From positions 167,958,001 to 168,022,000 of the forward strand of contig OX597817.1 in the NCBI GenBank assembly GCA_951406725.2: DNA of 64,000 nucleotides, written 5' to 3'. This document shows, piece by piece, positions 27,248 to 40,537 of the stretch. Source of the stretch: Octopus vulgaris. Lineage: Eukaryota. How positions within the stretch are numbered: position 1 is the stretch's first letter; each line of letters starts with the position of its first letter. The translations under genes were made by a program, and so were the position numbers. The notes under the pieces were generated by a model that was not told where the DNA came from, ran no database searches, and saw only the letters and a list, made by a program, of their open reading frames with translations.

Positions 27248-28152
27248 TTACACATATGTATGTATGAATGTGTGTATATACATACATACATGCAAACATA
27301 CATATATATGTATATACACAGACACACACACACACACACGGGTGTGTGTATATCTTTTGTGGACGCAGTGGTAAGAAACTCTCAGGAACAGCAAAAGGTT
27401 TTCAGAGAAGATGCCCTAACATCCCTCAGGCAAGTGTTTCGGTCCTTAACGCCCTAAACACGGCAAGGGCAGCCGTGTCACTTCTGAGGTCTTGGACACT
27501 TGGGTGTCCTTCTTGCTGACACGTGGACATTGGAGACGCAAAAATAGATAAACAACGAAAACAAAAAAGAACAATGCCTAAGAATCCTTCTTCGCAATCA
27601 AGAAGTCCTGGGTTCAATTCTAAGCTATGGCATCTTTGAAGAAGTGCCATTTACTACTAGCTTGGTGCGATCCAGGCGTTACGTGTAATATATTGGTAAA
27701 TGTAGGCTGTATAGAAGCACGTCGGATGGATTGTTGATGTAATTTAAAAGATCCATTCTCACCAGACACTGTGTCACGCTGGTTCTGCTCGAAGATAACA
27801 TTAATGGTGCACATGACAGAAGAAGGAACACGGAGCCATTTAGTAGCTCAGTGTTGTTCTTCACGCTTATTCAATTAGCAGGTAACTTAATCGAACGAAA
27901 AACTGAATACTCTAAGTCGAAACCGACGGAGATCCAATACACACCCACCCACACACCCACCCACCCACACACATAAGGTATGTTGATGCAAACAGGAAAA
28001 ATATAACTTGTATATATGTATATATATATATAAATGAAAGAATGGAGTTGAACGACGATTTAACAAAATTCCTTTATTTTTTCTGACGTGAATTTGCTAC
28101 CCAGGTATCGGTTAACCGAATTATCCATACTAAGATAATTCATTCAACTACT

Positions 28153-28291
<139 letters not shown>

Positions 28292-28634
28292 ATGTATATA
28301 TATATATATATTTATATATATGTATGTATATATTTTTTCATTCATATTAAGCAGAAGTAACCGAGTGACTCAAGGTCCGAGAGTGTCGTGCGTTTCATAA
28401 GCACCAATGCACGAAAATCTCGGACCTCGAGTCACTGTTATTTCTGATACATAAATATATAATAATCATTTTACTCCTGTGTTTTTTTCCCACGTTTGCA
28501 TCATACGATTGACAGATTTACTCCACTGCAAATATCCTACCACTTGTTGCAGTTCTTTGTTCGTCGCCTTCGTGTACGATTCAGCTTGAAGATGTCTGCT
28601 TTCGTCACTTTATAAATACATGTATGTATGTATG

Positions 28635-28665
<31 letters not shown>

Positions 28666-28813
28666 TGGATCTCCGTCGATTTCCATTATGACTATTCAAT
28701 TCTTCGTTCAATTACTCTACCTGCTAATTGAATAAGCGTGTGTTTCAGTGTTCCCCCTGTCATGTGCATCTTCAACGCATTACACACACATACCCACACC
28801 TACACACATAGGA

Positions 28814-28888
<75 letters not shown>

Positions 28889-29455
28889 CATACACAGATA
28901 CATGCATGTGTGTGTGTGCGGTTATATATGCCTGCATGTATATATAGATATATATTCGTGTACATCTTGTACATATAATATATATATATACATATATATA
29001 TATTTATGAGTGTGTGTGTGTGTTTGTGCGCGCGGGCGCGGGCGCGTGTCCATAAATATATATCTATTATGTTTAAGTTTATATACCTTCGGGTGAATAC
29101 AATTTGGTTAATATATATGTACACAAACATAGATGTATATAAAAATATAGCAAAACAAGAATATAAGATTCCACCTCTCTACATACACATGTATGTATGT
29201 TTGTATGTATGTATGTATGCATGAGTGTATATATATATATATATATATATATACGTGTGTGAGTGTGTGTACATATATTATTTACACATATACATGAGAA
29301 ATGACTTTTGTTTTTCTATTTATGCAAATATATATACATGCAATTACGCGTGCATACATTTATACAAAATGAAAGAGAGAGAGAGAGAGAGAAAGATACA
29401 AAGACAGAGAGACGAGGAGACAGTGATACATACGTGTATACATACATTTACATGA

Positions 29456-29494
<39 letters not shown>

Positions 29495-29769
29495 TTATGC
29501 CTTTACACATACATTCAAGCATAGACACGCACACACGCACATACATACATACATACATACATACATAGTGGTATATGCAGGAACCTATGAAAAAACATGA
29601 CCCCTCTTTATATACACAAACAGTTAGACAGGTACATGCATGCATTGATACATACGTACACACTCATGCATACATATACACATGCAAACAGATACATCTA
29701 TATACATAACTAAATATAAACATACATGTATATACCTGTATAGCTCAGTATATATGTATATACATAGAA

Positions 29770-30260
<491 letters not shown>

Positions 30261-30689
30261 TGTATATACCTGTGTATATCAATAGATACATGGATAGACA
30301 AACAAACAGGGAGAGATGCAGACATGTATATTTTGCTCGAATCAAAGGTTGTCACCGAAAGCAGTGGCAGAAGAGGGAAGGAAAAAAAAACAGAAGACAC
30401 ATTTAAAAAGCAAATAGGCTAAGTTATGTAGTATAACAACATCGTCAAAGACTGACAAATCTACTTACTGGCACAACACCACCATCAAGAACGGATACAA
30501 AGAAATCTTGTTACGTCTCTTTCACTCACTCAATTTCTTTCTTTCTTTCGTTCTGTCTCTGTCTCTGTCTCTGTCTCTCGTTCTTTCTTTCTCTCGTTCT
30601 TTCAATGTCTCTGTCTTTTTCGTGTAACAGGAAAACTGCAGTCGCGTTGACGTGAATTAATCTTCGCTTTATCCGCTACATTGTTCTGT

Positions 30690-31200
30690 AGCGTGTTGTG
30701 TTGTGTGTCGTGTTGTGTGTTGTGTTGTGTTGTGTTGTGTTGTTACTGCCGCTTGGCTGTTGCTGTTGCTACTGTCTTGTTGTTAGTCTCCTTCTTTCTG
30801 CTGCTGCTGGTTGTTGTTGTTGTTGTTAGACTATTGTTGTTATCGCTTGATATAACGCTTGTTATTGTCGTTGTTAATAATACTACTTCAGCTGCCGCTG
30901 CTGCTGCTGTTACTACTACTACTACTACTGCTGCTGCTGTTACTACTATTGCTGCTGCTACTGTTGTTCTTACCGCCGTTTATGTTGCTGCTGCTGCTGC
31001 TGCTGCCCCTGTTGTTGTAACTGTTGTGTTGCAGTTGACATACATATGTACATCACACGCCACACACACATGCATATATATATATACACTTATATACATA
31101 CATTCATGTGTGTGTTTGTGTGTGTGTGGGTGTGTGTGTGTGTGTGTGTTGTATGCATGTGAGCAGTAATGTTGATATTACTGCTACTGTCTTTGTACTG

Positions 31201-31263
<63 letters not shown>

Positions 31264-31407
31264 AGGGTGTAGTGGTGGCGGTGGTGGCGGTGGTAACGAT
31301 GATAATAGTGATAGTAGCGATGGTGGTGGTGGTGGTGGTGGTGATGGTGATGGTGGTGGTGGCGGAGGGCGGCAGTGGTGGTGAAAGTAGTAGCAGCAGC
31401 AGTAGCC

Positions 31408-31463
<56 letters not shown>

Positions 31464-31470
31464 TGCTGTC
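30690..31470. repeat. Mixed (GTT)/(GCT)/(TAG)/(TGG)/(CAG) tracts
   Basis: Direct reading. Confidence 0.93.
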
Positions 31471-31714
31471 GTTGTTCTTCCCTCAATTCATTCCTGATTG
31501 AGTTGACCTATTATCAAAGGTATTCCTATGGTGACCATCCCGTCCTTTTTTGTATGTCATTTTATATAGGTAAGACTACCATTGTCCAATGTGACCTTAG
31601 ATTTTTAGACTGTAGAGTATAATTTGAGAGGAAGTTAGCTATTATTTCTAGCAGTCGGCAATACCTAGTCTTTTTTTCTTTCTTTCCTTCGTCGACTCGT
31701 TCTAATATTAGCTG

Positions 31715-31921
31715 TTGATGTTGATGTTGTTAATGATGATGATGGTGGTGGTGATGGTAGTGGTGATGGTGGTGGTGGTGGTGGTGGTGGTGGTGGTGGT
31801 GGTGATGGTGGTGGTGATGGTGGTGGTGGTGGTGGTGTGATGGTGATGGTAGTGTGACAGTGTGTAGTGTAACTACAACATGGATCGGTTGATTATAGGA
31901 AAGGTTGTTGATGTATGTATG

Positions 31922-31953
<32 letters not shown>

Positions 31954-32227
31954 TGTATGTATGTGTGTATGTGTGTATGTATGTATGTATGTGTGTATGT
32001 ATGTATGTGTGTATGTGTGTATGTATGTATGTGTGTATGTGTGTATGTATGTGTGTATGTATGTATGTATGTATGTATGTATGTATGTATGTATGTGTGT
32101 ATGTATGTGTGTATGTGTGTATGTATGTATGTATGCATGTATGTATGTATGTATGTATGTGTGTATGTGTGTATGTGTGTATGTATGTATGTATATATGT
32201 GTGTATGTATGTGTGTGTGTGTGTATG

Positions 32228-32261
<34 letters not shown>

Positions 32262-32419
32262 TGTATGTATGTATGCATGCGTGTATGTATGTATGTATGT
32301 ATGCATGCGTGTATGTATGTATGTATGTATGTATGTATGTATGTATGTATGTATGTATGTATGCATGTGTGTATGTATGTATGTATGTATGTATGTATGT
32401 ATGTATGTATGTATGTGTG

Positions 32420-32453
<34 letters not shown>

Positions 32454-32770
32454 TGCATGCGTGTATGTATGTATGTTCGTATGTATGTTTGTATGTATGT
32501 ATGTATGTATGTATGTATGTATATGAGTGTATATGTATGTATGTATGTATGCATGTATGTATGTATGTATGTATGTATGTATGTATATGAGTGTATGTGT
32601 ATATGTATGTATGTATGTATGTATGCATGTATGTATGTATGTATGTATGTATGTATGTATGCATGCATGCATGTATGTATGCATGTATGTATGTATATAT
32701 GTATGTATGCATGTATATATGTATGTATGTATGCATGCATGTATGTATGTATGCTTGAATGTGTGTATAT
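31715..32770. repeat. (TGG)n followed by ~850 bp of (TATG)n
   Basis: Direct reading. Confidence 0.97.
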
Positions 32771-33142
32771 ATGAATGCGGGACTTCTTAGATAACATTGC
32801 ATCTATGCATCTATACATCTACATGTTCTGAAAGAAGAATGCGTACATAAGCATATATTTGTGTATCTATATGTGTTGTATATACATTTCTACAAGCTAA
32901 TCTCGGAATGTTTTGCATATTTCTATACATCCATTAATGGCTTGTAACTGTAATTCTCTCATTAGCAGTAACCCCTTTCATTTGTGAACGAAACTCGGCT
33001 TCTCAACACTGGTGACAAGCCAGTTAATTGCTACATATCTAAATAACCCAATAATTACAGGTATAATCTAACGCTATATTTTGGATTGAATATCCGTAGC
33101 TTTCTCCTTATTTCAGTTTTATCTTTTTATGTTTATCTCTAA

Positions 33143-33557
33143 CTAGCAGTATCGCCCGGCGTTGCTCGGGTTTGTAAGGGAAATAACTATATAAGCATTT
33201 TTAGAGAGTTACTTCCCTTATAGATGCCAATTCGGGCTTTCTTAGCCATTTCTGTTTTGGTGTCTTCAAGCCATGAAGTCGTTGTTCTAAAAGAACGCTG
33301 GTCTCCTTGACAACGCATTACGACGTTGATTTCCTTACACTCCCTTCCCCACAGGTGCAGGTGTGAGCGTGGACGCCAACTCCGCCGCCATCGACACACG
33401 AAAAAATATGCATTAAAATGGAATAAAAAATGATGTTAAATTATTTTTAAAATCGTAGACTCATCGTAGACGCGGGCTAATACCCAGACGGGCTCGATAT
33501 GAATCACGACTATAAGATACCCGAATTTGGTTAAACTGCACAGTTTATATATATAGA
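33143..33557 (-). mobile_element. Non-autonomous Helitron (second 5' type, extra internal segment)
   Basis: Reverse complement runs TC...cccgagcaacgccgggcgatactgCTAG. Shares its body with 43231. Confidence 0.8.
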
Positions 33558-33948
33558 TATTATGATAACATCTACTGGATCCGATTTCCACTTCTGTACA
33601 CACTTAATTTCCTATCCTAGATCCACGGTGTCTTGCATGCCTTCATTTTACAGAGGTCTCCACAGGAACATTCCTCCAATATTCAAAGGCGGCGAGGTGG
33701 CACAATCGTTAGCACGCTGGATAAAAATGCTTAGCAGCATTTCTTCCGGCTGTACGTTCTGAGTTCAAATTCCACCAAGGTCGACTTTGCCTTACATCCT
33801 TTCGGGTGTCGATGACATAATTACCATTTGAGCTCTGGGATATAATCGACTCGCTTTCACCCCAAAAATCTCAGGCCTTGTAACTGGAATAGAATTATGA
33901 GAATGCCTATAACTGTACTGTATATTGTGTATTCTTATCTATAGGCTG

Positions 33949-34335
33949 TGGAGGCGCAATGGCCCAGTGGTTAGGGCAGTGGACTCGCGGTCATAGGATC
34001 GCGGTTTCGATTCCCAGACCGACCGGGCGTTGTGAGTGTTTATTGAATGAAAACACGTAAAAGCTCCACGAGGCTCCGGCAGGGGATGGTGGTGATCCCT
34101 GCTGTACTCTTTCACCACAACTTTCTCTCACTCTTACTTCCTGTTTCTGTTGTACCTGTATTTCAAAGGGCCGGCCTTGTCACTCTCTGTGTTACGCTGA
34201 ATATCCCCAAGAATTATGTTACGGGTACACGTGTCTGTGGAGTGCTCAGCCACTTACACGTTAATTTCACGAGCAAGCTGTTCCGTTGATCGGATCAACC
34301 GGAACCCTCGTCGTCGTAACCGATGGAGTGCTTCC
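33949..34335 (+). mobile_element. SINE family B
   Basis: Near-identical to 12190. Confidence 0.88.
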
Positions 34336-34979
34336 ATCTATCCAGGTCATATCTACAGCGTTAAATCCAGAGAGTTACATTGATTGTCATGTCTAGGTGT
34401 TTTACCTGCATCGCAATCCCTTTGGTGAATCAGGTATTTCTTTCTAATTTCTTGTTCCTAGAATGCAAATTCATATCCTTCAAAATGAGAGCTAATATAT
34501 TGATGTTTGTTAGTCAAAGACAAACTACTGTAACTGTATTACCGTCATTTTACAAGCTTTCTGACAACACAGTTATGCGCGATCTTCTGTTGATATGGAC
34601 ACCCTTTATTTCATGATCTGTTGTGGTGGAGCTGCTGTACAATTTACTTCTTGCATGTACATATAACTTGGTCATCAGTCAGAGAAAAACTTTCCTAGAT
34701 TCCTTTCCGAGATGTTACCTGCTTCATAAATGCAGACATGCTCTGTGAAAGCACTTCGACACTGGGTGATTCGTAAATGTTTTCGAAAGGACATTATGTA
34801 ATATTCAAAGACTGTCTGAATTGACACTAAGCCTCTGTTACCTTATTTTCGTATTACACATAAACGGTACTGGTTAATAATTTTCAGGTTTTGATGTCAA
34901 TGACCAAATTTCATTTGATGTCCAATCGAGTTACCCACATGTGGGTATGAGTACTGGCACAGCAAGCACCTGTAGTGGG

Positions 34980-35353
34980 CAGCGCTAGATTAACCATTAA
35001 GCAAAATAAGCAGGTGCTAAGGGCATCGAGGGTAGAAAGCAACACAGAAATGGTAAATGGTTTTCGGTACAAATGAATTCACTTTAAACTTGCTAAAATA
35101 ATATACGGGGTACTTTATCTTTACTAAATATAGAAGCAGATATGCTATGTAAGATTAAATTAGATAGAAAACTTTTCAAATATAAATAAGGTCGAGGTGT
35201 ACAAAAATAAACATTATTTTCCATATTACAGTTAGTTTTGTTTCATTTTGAAAAATAAAAATTTATTTTATGGCTTATTATTGCTTATATTTTGAATTAT
35301 ATATACTTGGGGGTACCAAATCTTTTAAGTGCTTAGGGCCTTAATCCACCCTG
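34980..35353. mobile_element. hAT-like MITE (decayed)
   Basis: Ends cagcgctagattaa / ttaatccaccctg. Imperfect 8-bp flanks gtagtggg / attgtggg. Confidence 0.55.
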
Positions 35354-35403
35354 ATTGTGGGCCAATGGTTGACTGAATGTAGAAAGTCCTGAAGATGTGG
35401 CTT

Positions 35404-35815
35404 CAGGAGTGGCTGTGTGGTAAGTAGCTTGCTAACCAACCACATGGTTCCGGGTTCAGTCCCACTGCGTGGCATCTTGGGCAAGTGTCTTCTGCTATAG
35501 CCCCGGGCCGACCAATGCCTTGTGAGTGGATTTGGTAGACGGAAACTGAAAGAAGCCTGTCGTATATATATGTATATATATGTATATGTATGTGTGTGTA
35601 TATGTTTGTGTGTCTGTGTTTGTCCCCCCAGCATTGCTTGACAACCGATGCTGGTGTGTTTACGTCCCCGTCACTTAGCGGTTCGGCAAAAGAGACCGAT
35701 AGAATAAGTACTGGGCTTACAAAGAATAAGTCCCGGGGTCGATTTGCTCGACTAAAGGCGGTGCTCCAGCATGGCCGCAGTCAAATGACTGAAACAAGTA
35801 AAAGAGTAAAAGAGT
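35404..35815 (+). mobile_element. SINE family A
   Basis: Full-length copy. Confidence 0.9.
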
Positions 35816-35931
35816 ATGATATATTTTATCCAATTGTTATATTTTTCGTTGCGCACTCCTTGTTACAAATCCTAAAATCTTCATCCATCCTAACTACTTG
35901 AAGTATTTAACATACGATATAAGAGAGACAA

Positions 35932-36316
35932 TCTCTCTCTATATAAACGGCAGTTTGTCTGTCTGCGTGTCTGTGTGTCTGTCAGGTTGTACCCTCACCC
36001 TGACCACGGCTTTCAACCGATTCTGATGAAACTTGACACACACATAGCCCAATGTCATAATTCAAAACTAACGCAGCGAAAATTTTGAAAAGTTCCCCCA
36101 GTTCTGAATAAAATCGATAAATTCGACATGGGGTCGACAATCAGAAACACAAACCACAGATGGTCTAGGGGACGCAACTCGACCTTTTTAACTATCAAAA
36201 AAAATTTACCATAATTTTTTTTCCCATTTTTTTGCTATTTTTTTACTATAACTCTCTAAAAATGCTTTATAGTTATTTCCCTTACAAACCCGAGCAACGC
36301 CGGGCGATACCGCTAG
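35932..36316 (+). mobile_element. Non-autonomous Helitron
   Basis: 5' TC, 3' hairpin cccgagcaacgccggg then CTAG, between A and T. Near-identical copy at 60125. Confidence 0.85.
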
Positions 36317-36552
36317 TACGATATAAGAGAGACAATCTAATAATAAAGATGTTGCTGACCTAACATGTTTCTTCTAGGGTTTTGCAATCATCTCAAACTT
36401 CATCCTGATATCCTTCGAGAAGGTCGTAGCCAAATCAAGTCTCTTCATCCAATTTTGAGCGTAAACCTCTTGTTATCCGCCCCCCAAAAAGCTATGTACC
36501 AGCCTAGTGTTTCTGTCCTCTTTTGAGACAATTATGTACCATTCAGATTACC

Positions 36553-36984
36553 TTTTTTTTTTTTTTCATCTAGTTTCAGCTCACGAGCTGTGGCCATGCT
36601 GGGGCACCGCCATTTGGTGTTGCTACATAATTTTACTTCACGAATGCTTTTTTAGCAATTGACATTTGGTGCATGAGAGAGTTTGATGCAGCTGCCCTCA
36701 TCTGCACCTGCTGCCACGAAATCGGTTCATCTGGGAAACCTAACAGGAAGAGGTCCGGGAGGATATTGAAGGGCTGTGGACCTCTGAAGCCCAGGCTATT
36801 GCAGTATCTTGTCCTACATCTTGATGGCAAATTTGGAGTCCTTGGCACTATGCAGTGGCGCCCAGTTCTAGTTTTGTGTAACTCTCGATGCCAAAGTTTG
36901 GGACAAGTCCTTCCAGGATTTTCCAGATGTATATTATGGCATATCTTTCTCGCCTAGGCTCTAAGGAATAGAGTCTTAATCTCT
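36553..36984 (-). mobile_element. CR1-group LINE 3' end (RT C-terminus, 3' UTR, A-tail)
   Basis: RLRLYSLE.RRERYAIIYIWKILEGLVPN...GPQ.FNILP..DLFL...PDEP...RAAASNSL.HQ with frameshifts. Tail ggcggtgccccagcatggccacagctcgtgagctgaaactaga(A)n. Confidence 0.8.
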
Positions 36985-37060
36985 TATATATATAAAAAAA
37001 AGTACAAAACAGTGACAAAAAGAAGTACTTCCTGCATTTCACTTCTGGATAGTACTCAAC

Positions 37061-37472
37061 CGGCATAGGAGTGGCTGTGTGGTAAGTAGCTTGCTTACGA
37101 ACCACATGGTTCCGGGTTCAGTCCCACTGCGTGGCACTTTGGGCAAGTGTCTTCTACTATAGCCTCGGGATGACTAAAGCCTTGTGAGTGGATTTGGTAG
37201 ACGGAAACTGAAAGAAGCCCGTCGTATATATGTGTATATATATGTGTGTGTGTGTTTGTGTGTCTGTGTTTGTCCCCTCCCCCTAGCATTACTTGACAAC
37301 CGATGCTGGTGTGATTATGTCCCCGTCACTTAGCGGTTCGGCAAAAGAGACCGATAGAATAAGTACTGGGCTTACAAAAAGAATAAGTCCCGGGGTCGAG
37401 TTGCTCGATTAAAGGCTGTGCTCCAGCATGGCCGCAGTCAAATGACTGAAACAAGTAAAAGAGAGAGAGTAA
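37061..37472 (+). mobile_element. SINE family A
   Basis: Full-length copy. Confidence 0.9.
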
Positions 37473-37610
37473 AATATTCGGTAACAATAATAAATTTAAT
37501 TTATCGACAATTTTTAGTTTTACCAATTTTGAATATATCTCTCTTGTTTAAAACCTCTTACCTACTTGTCAATTGCATTTCTAGCTCTGCCTTGAAAGAA
37601 GCTTTACTTC

Positions 37611-39295
37611 TTTTTACCTCCGCTTTAGCGAAGGCGGAGGTATTGTTTTCAGTCGTGTTCGTTTGTTTGTTTGTCCGTGGACAAGATATCTTAAGAACCG
37701 CTGGATGGATTCAGATGAAACTTTCAGGGATGTTTGACTCGTGACTGGCACGAACTGATTAGATTTTGGGATCGATCCGGGACCGGAGAAGGATTCTGGA
37801 TTGTCCGTGGACAAGATATCTCAAGAACCGCTGGATGGATTCGGATGAAACTTTCAGGGATGTTTGGCCTCGTGACTGGCACGAACTGATTAGATTTTGG
37901 GATCGATCCGGGACCGGAGAAGGATTCTGGATTGTCCGTGGACAAGATATCTCAAGAACCGCTGGATGGATTCGGATGAAACTTTCAGGGATGTTTGTCC
38001 TCGTAACTGGCACGAACTGATTAGATTCTGGAATCGATCCGGGACCGGAGAAGGATTCTGGATTGTCCGTGGACAAGATATCTCAAGAACCGCTGGATGG
38101 ATTCGGATGAAACTTTGATGGATGTTTGTCCTCGTAACTGGCACGAACTGATTAGATTTTGGGATCGATCCGGGACCGGAGAAGGATTCTGGATTGTCTG
38201 TGGACAAGATATCTCAAGAACCGCTGGATGGATTCGGATGAAACTTTCAGGGATGTTTGTCCTCGTAACTGGCACGAACTGATTAGATTTTGGGATCTAT
38301 CCGGGACCGGAGAAGGATTCTGGATTGTCCGTGGACAAGATATCTCAAGAACCGCTGGATGGATTCGGATGAAACTTTCAGGGATGTTTGTCCTCGTAAC
38401 TGGCACGAACTGATTAGATTTTAGGATCTATCCGGGACCGGAGAAGGATTCTGGATTGTCCGTGGACAAGATATCTCAAGAACCGCTGGATGGATTCGGA
38501 TGAAACTTTCATGGATGTTTGTCCTCGTAACTGGCACGAACTGATTAGATTTTAGGATCTATCCGGGACCGGAGAAGGATTCTGGATTGTCCGTGGACAA
38601 GATATCTCAAGAACCGCTGGATGGATTCGGATGAAACTTTCATGGATGTTTGTCCTCGTAACTGGCACGAACTGATTAGATTTTGGGATCTATCCGGGAC
38701 CGGAGAAGGATTCTGGATTGTCCGTGGACAAGATATCTCAAGAACCGCTGGATGGATTCGGATGAAACTTTCATGGATGTTTGTCCTCGTAACTGGCACG
38801 AACTGATTAGATTTTGGGATCGATCCGGGACCGGAGAAGGATTCTGGATTGTCCGTGGACAAGATATCTCAAGAACCGCTGGATGGATTCGGATGAAACT
38901 TTCATGGATGTTTGTCCTCGTAACTGGCACGAACTGATTAGATTTTGGGATCTATCCGGGACCGGAGAAGGATTCTGGATTGTCCGTGGACAAGATATCT
39001 CAAGAACCGCTGGATGGATTCGGATGAAACTTTCATGGATGTTTGTCCTCGTAACTGGCACGAACTGATTAGATTTTGGGATCGATCCGATACCGGACAA
39101 AGAATCTGAATTATTTTCCCGTTTTTTCTTTACTTAATGTTTGAGAGTGGTCAGGTTCACTTTTAATATTCTCGTTTGCGAGAGAAATCGAGTTTATTTT
39201 CAGTAATTCTCATTTTAAAAATCATCTCCGGCTAATCGTTGAGAGGACATTGGTGTTGCCTTGGCGGAGGTTTGCGCTCTCTGACTACTTTTGTT
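37611..39295 (+). mobile_element. Non-autonomous Helentron-type element (HINE/DINE-1-like) with internal tandem array
   Basis: 5' TTTTT-ACCTCCGC..GCGGAGGT stem-loop (37616-37641), (GTTT)n at ~37661, 3' subterminal inverted repeat GCGGAGGT (39264-39271), decayed 3' hairpin, T-rich ends. Confidence 0.75.
37671..39100. repeat. Tandem array of ~11 x 131-bp units
   Basis: Unit start ttgtccgtggacaagatatc (or a near-identical variant) recurs at 37671, 37801, 37932, 38063, 38194, 38325, 38456, 38587, 38718, 38849 and 38980. Confidence 0.97.
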
Positions 39296-39302
39296 ATTAT
39301 TA

Positions 39303-39345
<43 letters not shown>

Positions 39346-39388
39346 CATCATCATCATCATCATCATTAGTAGTAGTAGTAGTAGTAGT

Positions 39389-39442
<54 letters not shown>

Positions 39443-39443
39443 T

Positions 39444-39499
<56 letters not shown>

Positions 39500-39500
39500 T
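39293..39500. repeat. (ATT)n(CAT)n(TAG)n(CAG)n(TAG)n compound microsatellite
   Basis: Direct reading. Confidence 0.97.
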
Positions 39501-39703
39501 TTGCTTTTGTTTGCAGCTTTAGTTTCTTCAAGGCACTGCTTTGCAGATATTTAGAGGTCATCTGAACAAGCTTTAATTTGCCAAATTTGAAGAGTTTATT
39601 ATTGCGTTACAAATATTATTCTCCCACCCATCATTCCAGTTTCATCAGTGACTGTTAACATCAGTTCAGTAGGTCTCTCATTTAGTAGCGAGAATATTAT
39701 TTT

Positions 39704-39803
39704 TACTGCTTCGACACAGTACATATCCTAAAATTGGAACGATACAGAGATGACCCCGGCGCAAAAATGAAACGCGAATTCGTAGAACGTTTTTTATATT
39801 TTT
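39704..39803 (+). pseudogene. U6 snRNA retropseudogene (diverged, internal ~9-nt deletion)
   Basis: gcttcg...acatatcctaaaattggaacgatacagaga|tgaccccggcgcaaaaatgaaacgcgaattcgtag..cgttt..atatttt aligns to U6 from recalled sequence. The ACAGAGA box is intact and AGATTAGCA, including the AGC triad, is missing. Confidence 0.85.
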
Positions 39804-40165
39804 CTCACTAGCGGTGCCCCAGCATGACCTCGGCCTTAGGGCTGAAACATGTAAAAGAGTAACCTTTTCTTGACACAAATCACTAAGAGTACATTTCGAG
39901 AAAGGGCCGCATGAGACATGATTTATTATCAGGCGGGCCGCACTACTAAAAAAATTTAGAATAATTTTTTTGAATGCTATTCAGAAAGTCCCTGGCGTGA
40001 CTGGCTTGAACTCTTCGCTCTTCTAGATCGTAGGACATTTTTACCATCACAACTAATATAGTCACTGACATTGTTTGCATGGTGTCATCGTCATGGTAAG
40101 CCATAGAAATTGGGTGTGTTGTCAAATGTGCTAACATTTTTGATATAGGCATCTCTGTCTCAGGG

Positions 40166-40537
40166 TGGAGGCCCAGTGGTTAGGGCAGCGGACTCGCGGT
40201 CGTAGGATCGCGGTTTCGATTCCCAGACCGGGTGTTGTGAGTGTTTATTGAGCGAAAACACCTAAAGCTCCATGAGGCTCCGGCAGGGATGGTGGTGATC
40301 CCTGCTGTACTCTTTCACCACAACTTTCTCTCACTCTTACTTCCTGTTTCTGTTGTATCTGTATTTCAAAGGGCCGACCTTGTCACTCTCTGTGTCACGC
40401 TGAATATCCCCGAGAACTACGTTAAGGGTACACGTGTCTGTGGAGTGCTCAGCCACTTACACATTAATTTCACGAGCAGGCTGTTCCGTTGATCGGATCA
40501 ACCGGAACCCTCGTCGTCGTAACCGACGGAGTGCTTC
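40166..40537 (+). mobile_element. SINE family B
   Basis: Near-identical to 12190. Flanks share catctctgtctcagg / catctgtctcagg. Confidence 0.88.

Noticed and set aside
31730-32818. Long ORFs of 200-360 aa (also 16318, 25446, 29624, 55450)
   Set aside because: They are translations of (TACA)n, (GATA)n and (TA)n microsatellites.
37671-39100. CRISPR-like array or repeated 61-105 aa ORFs
   Set aside because: Units are contiguous with no unique spacers, the 131-bp period is not a multiple of 3, the context is eukaryotic and there are no cas genes.
39704-39803. Functional U6 gene
   Set aside because: The AGC-containing segment is deleted, there are many substitutions, and no clear upstream TATA/PSE is visible.
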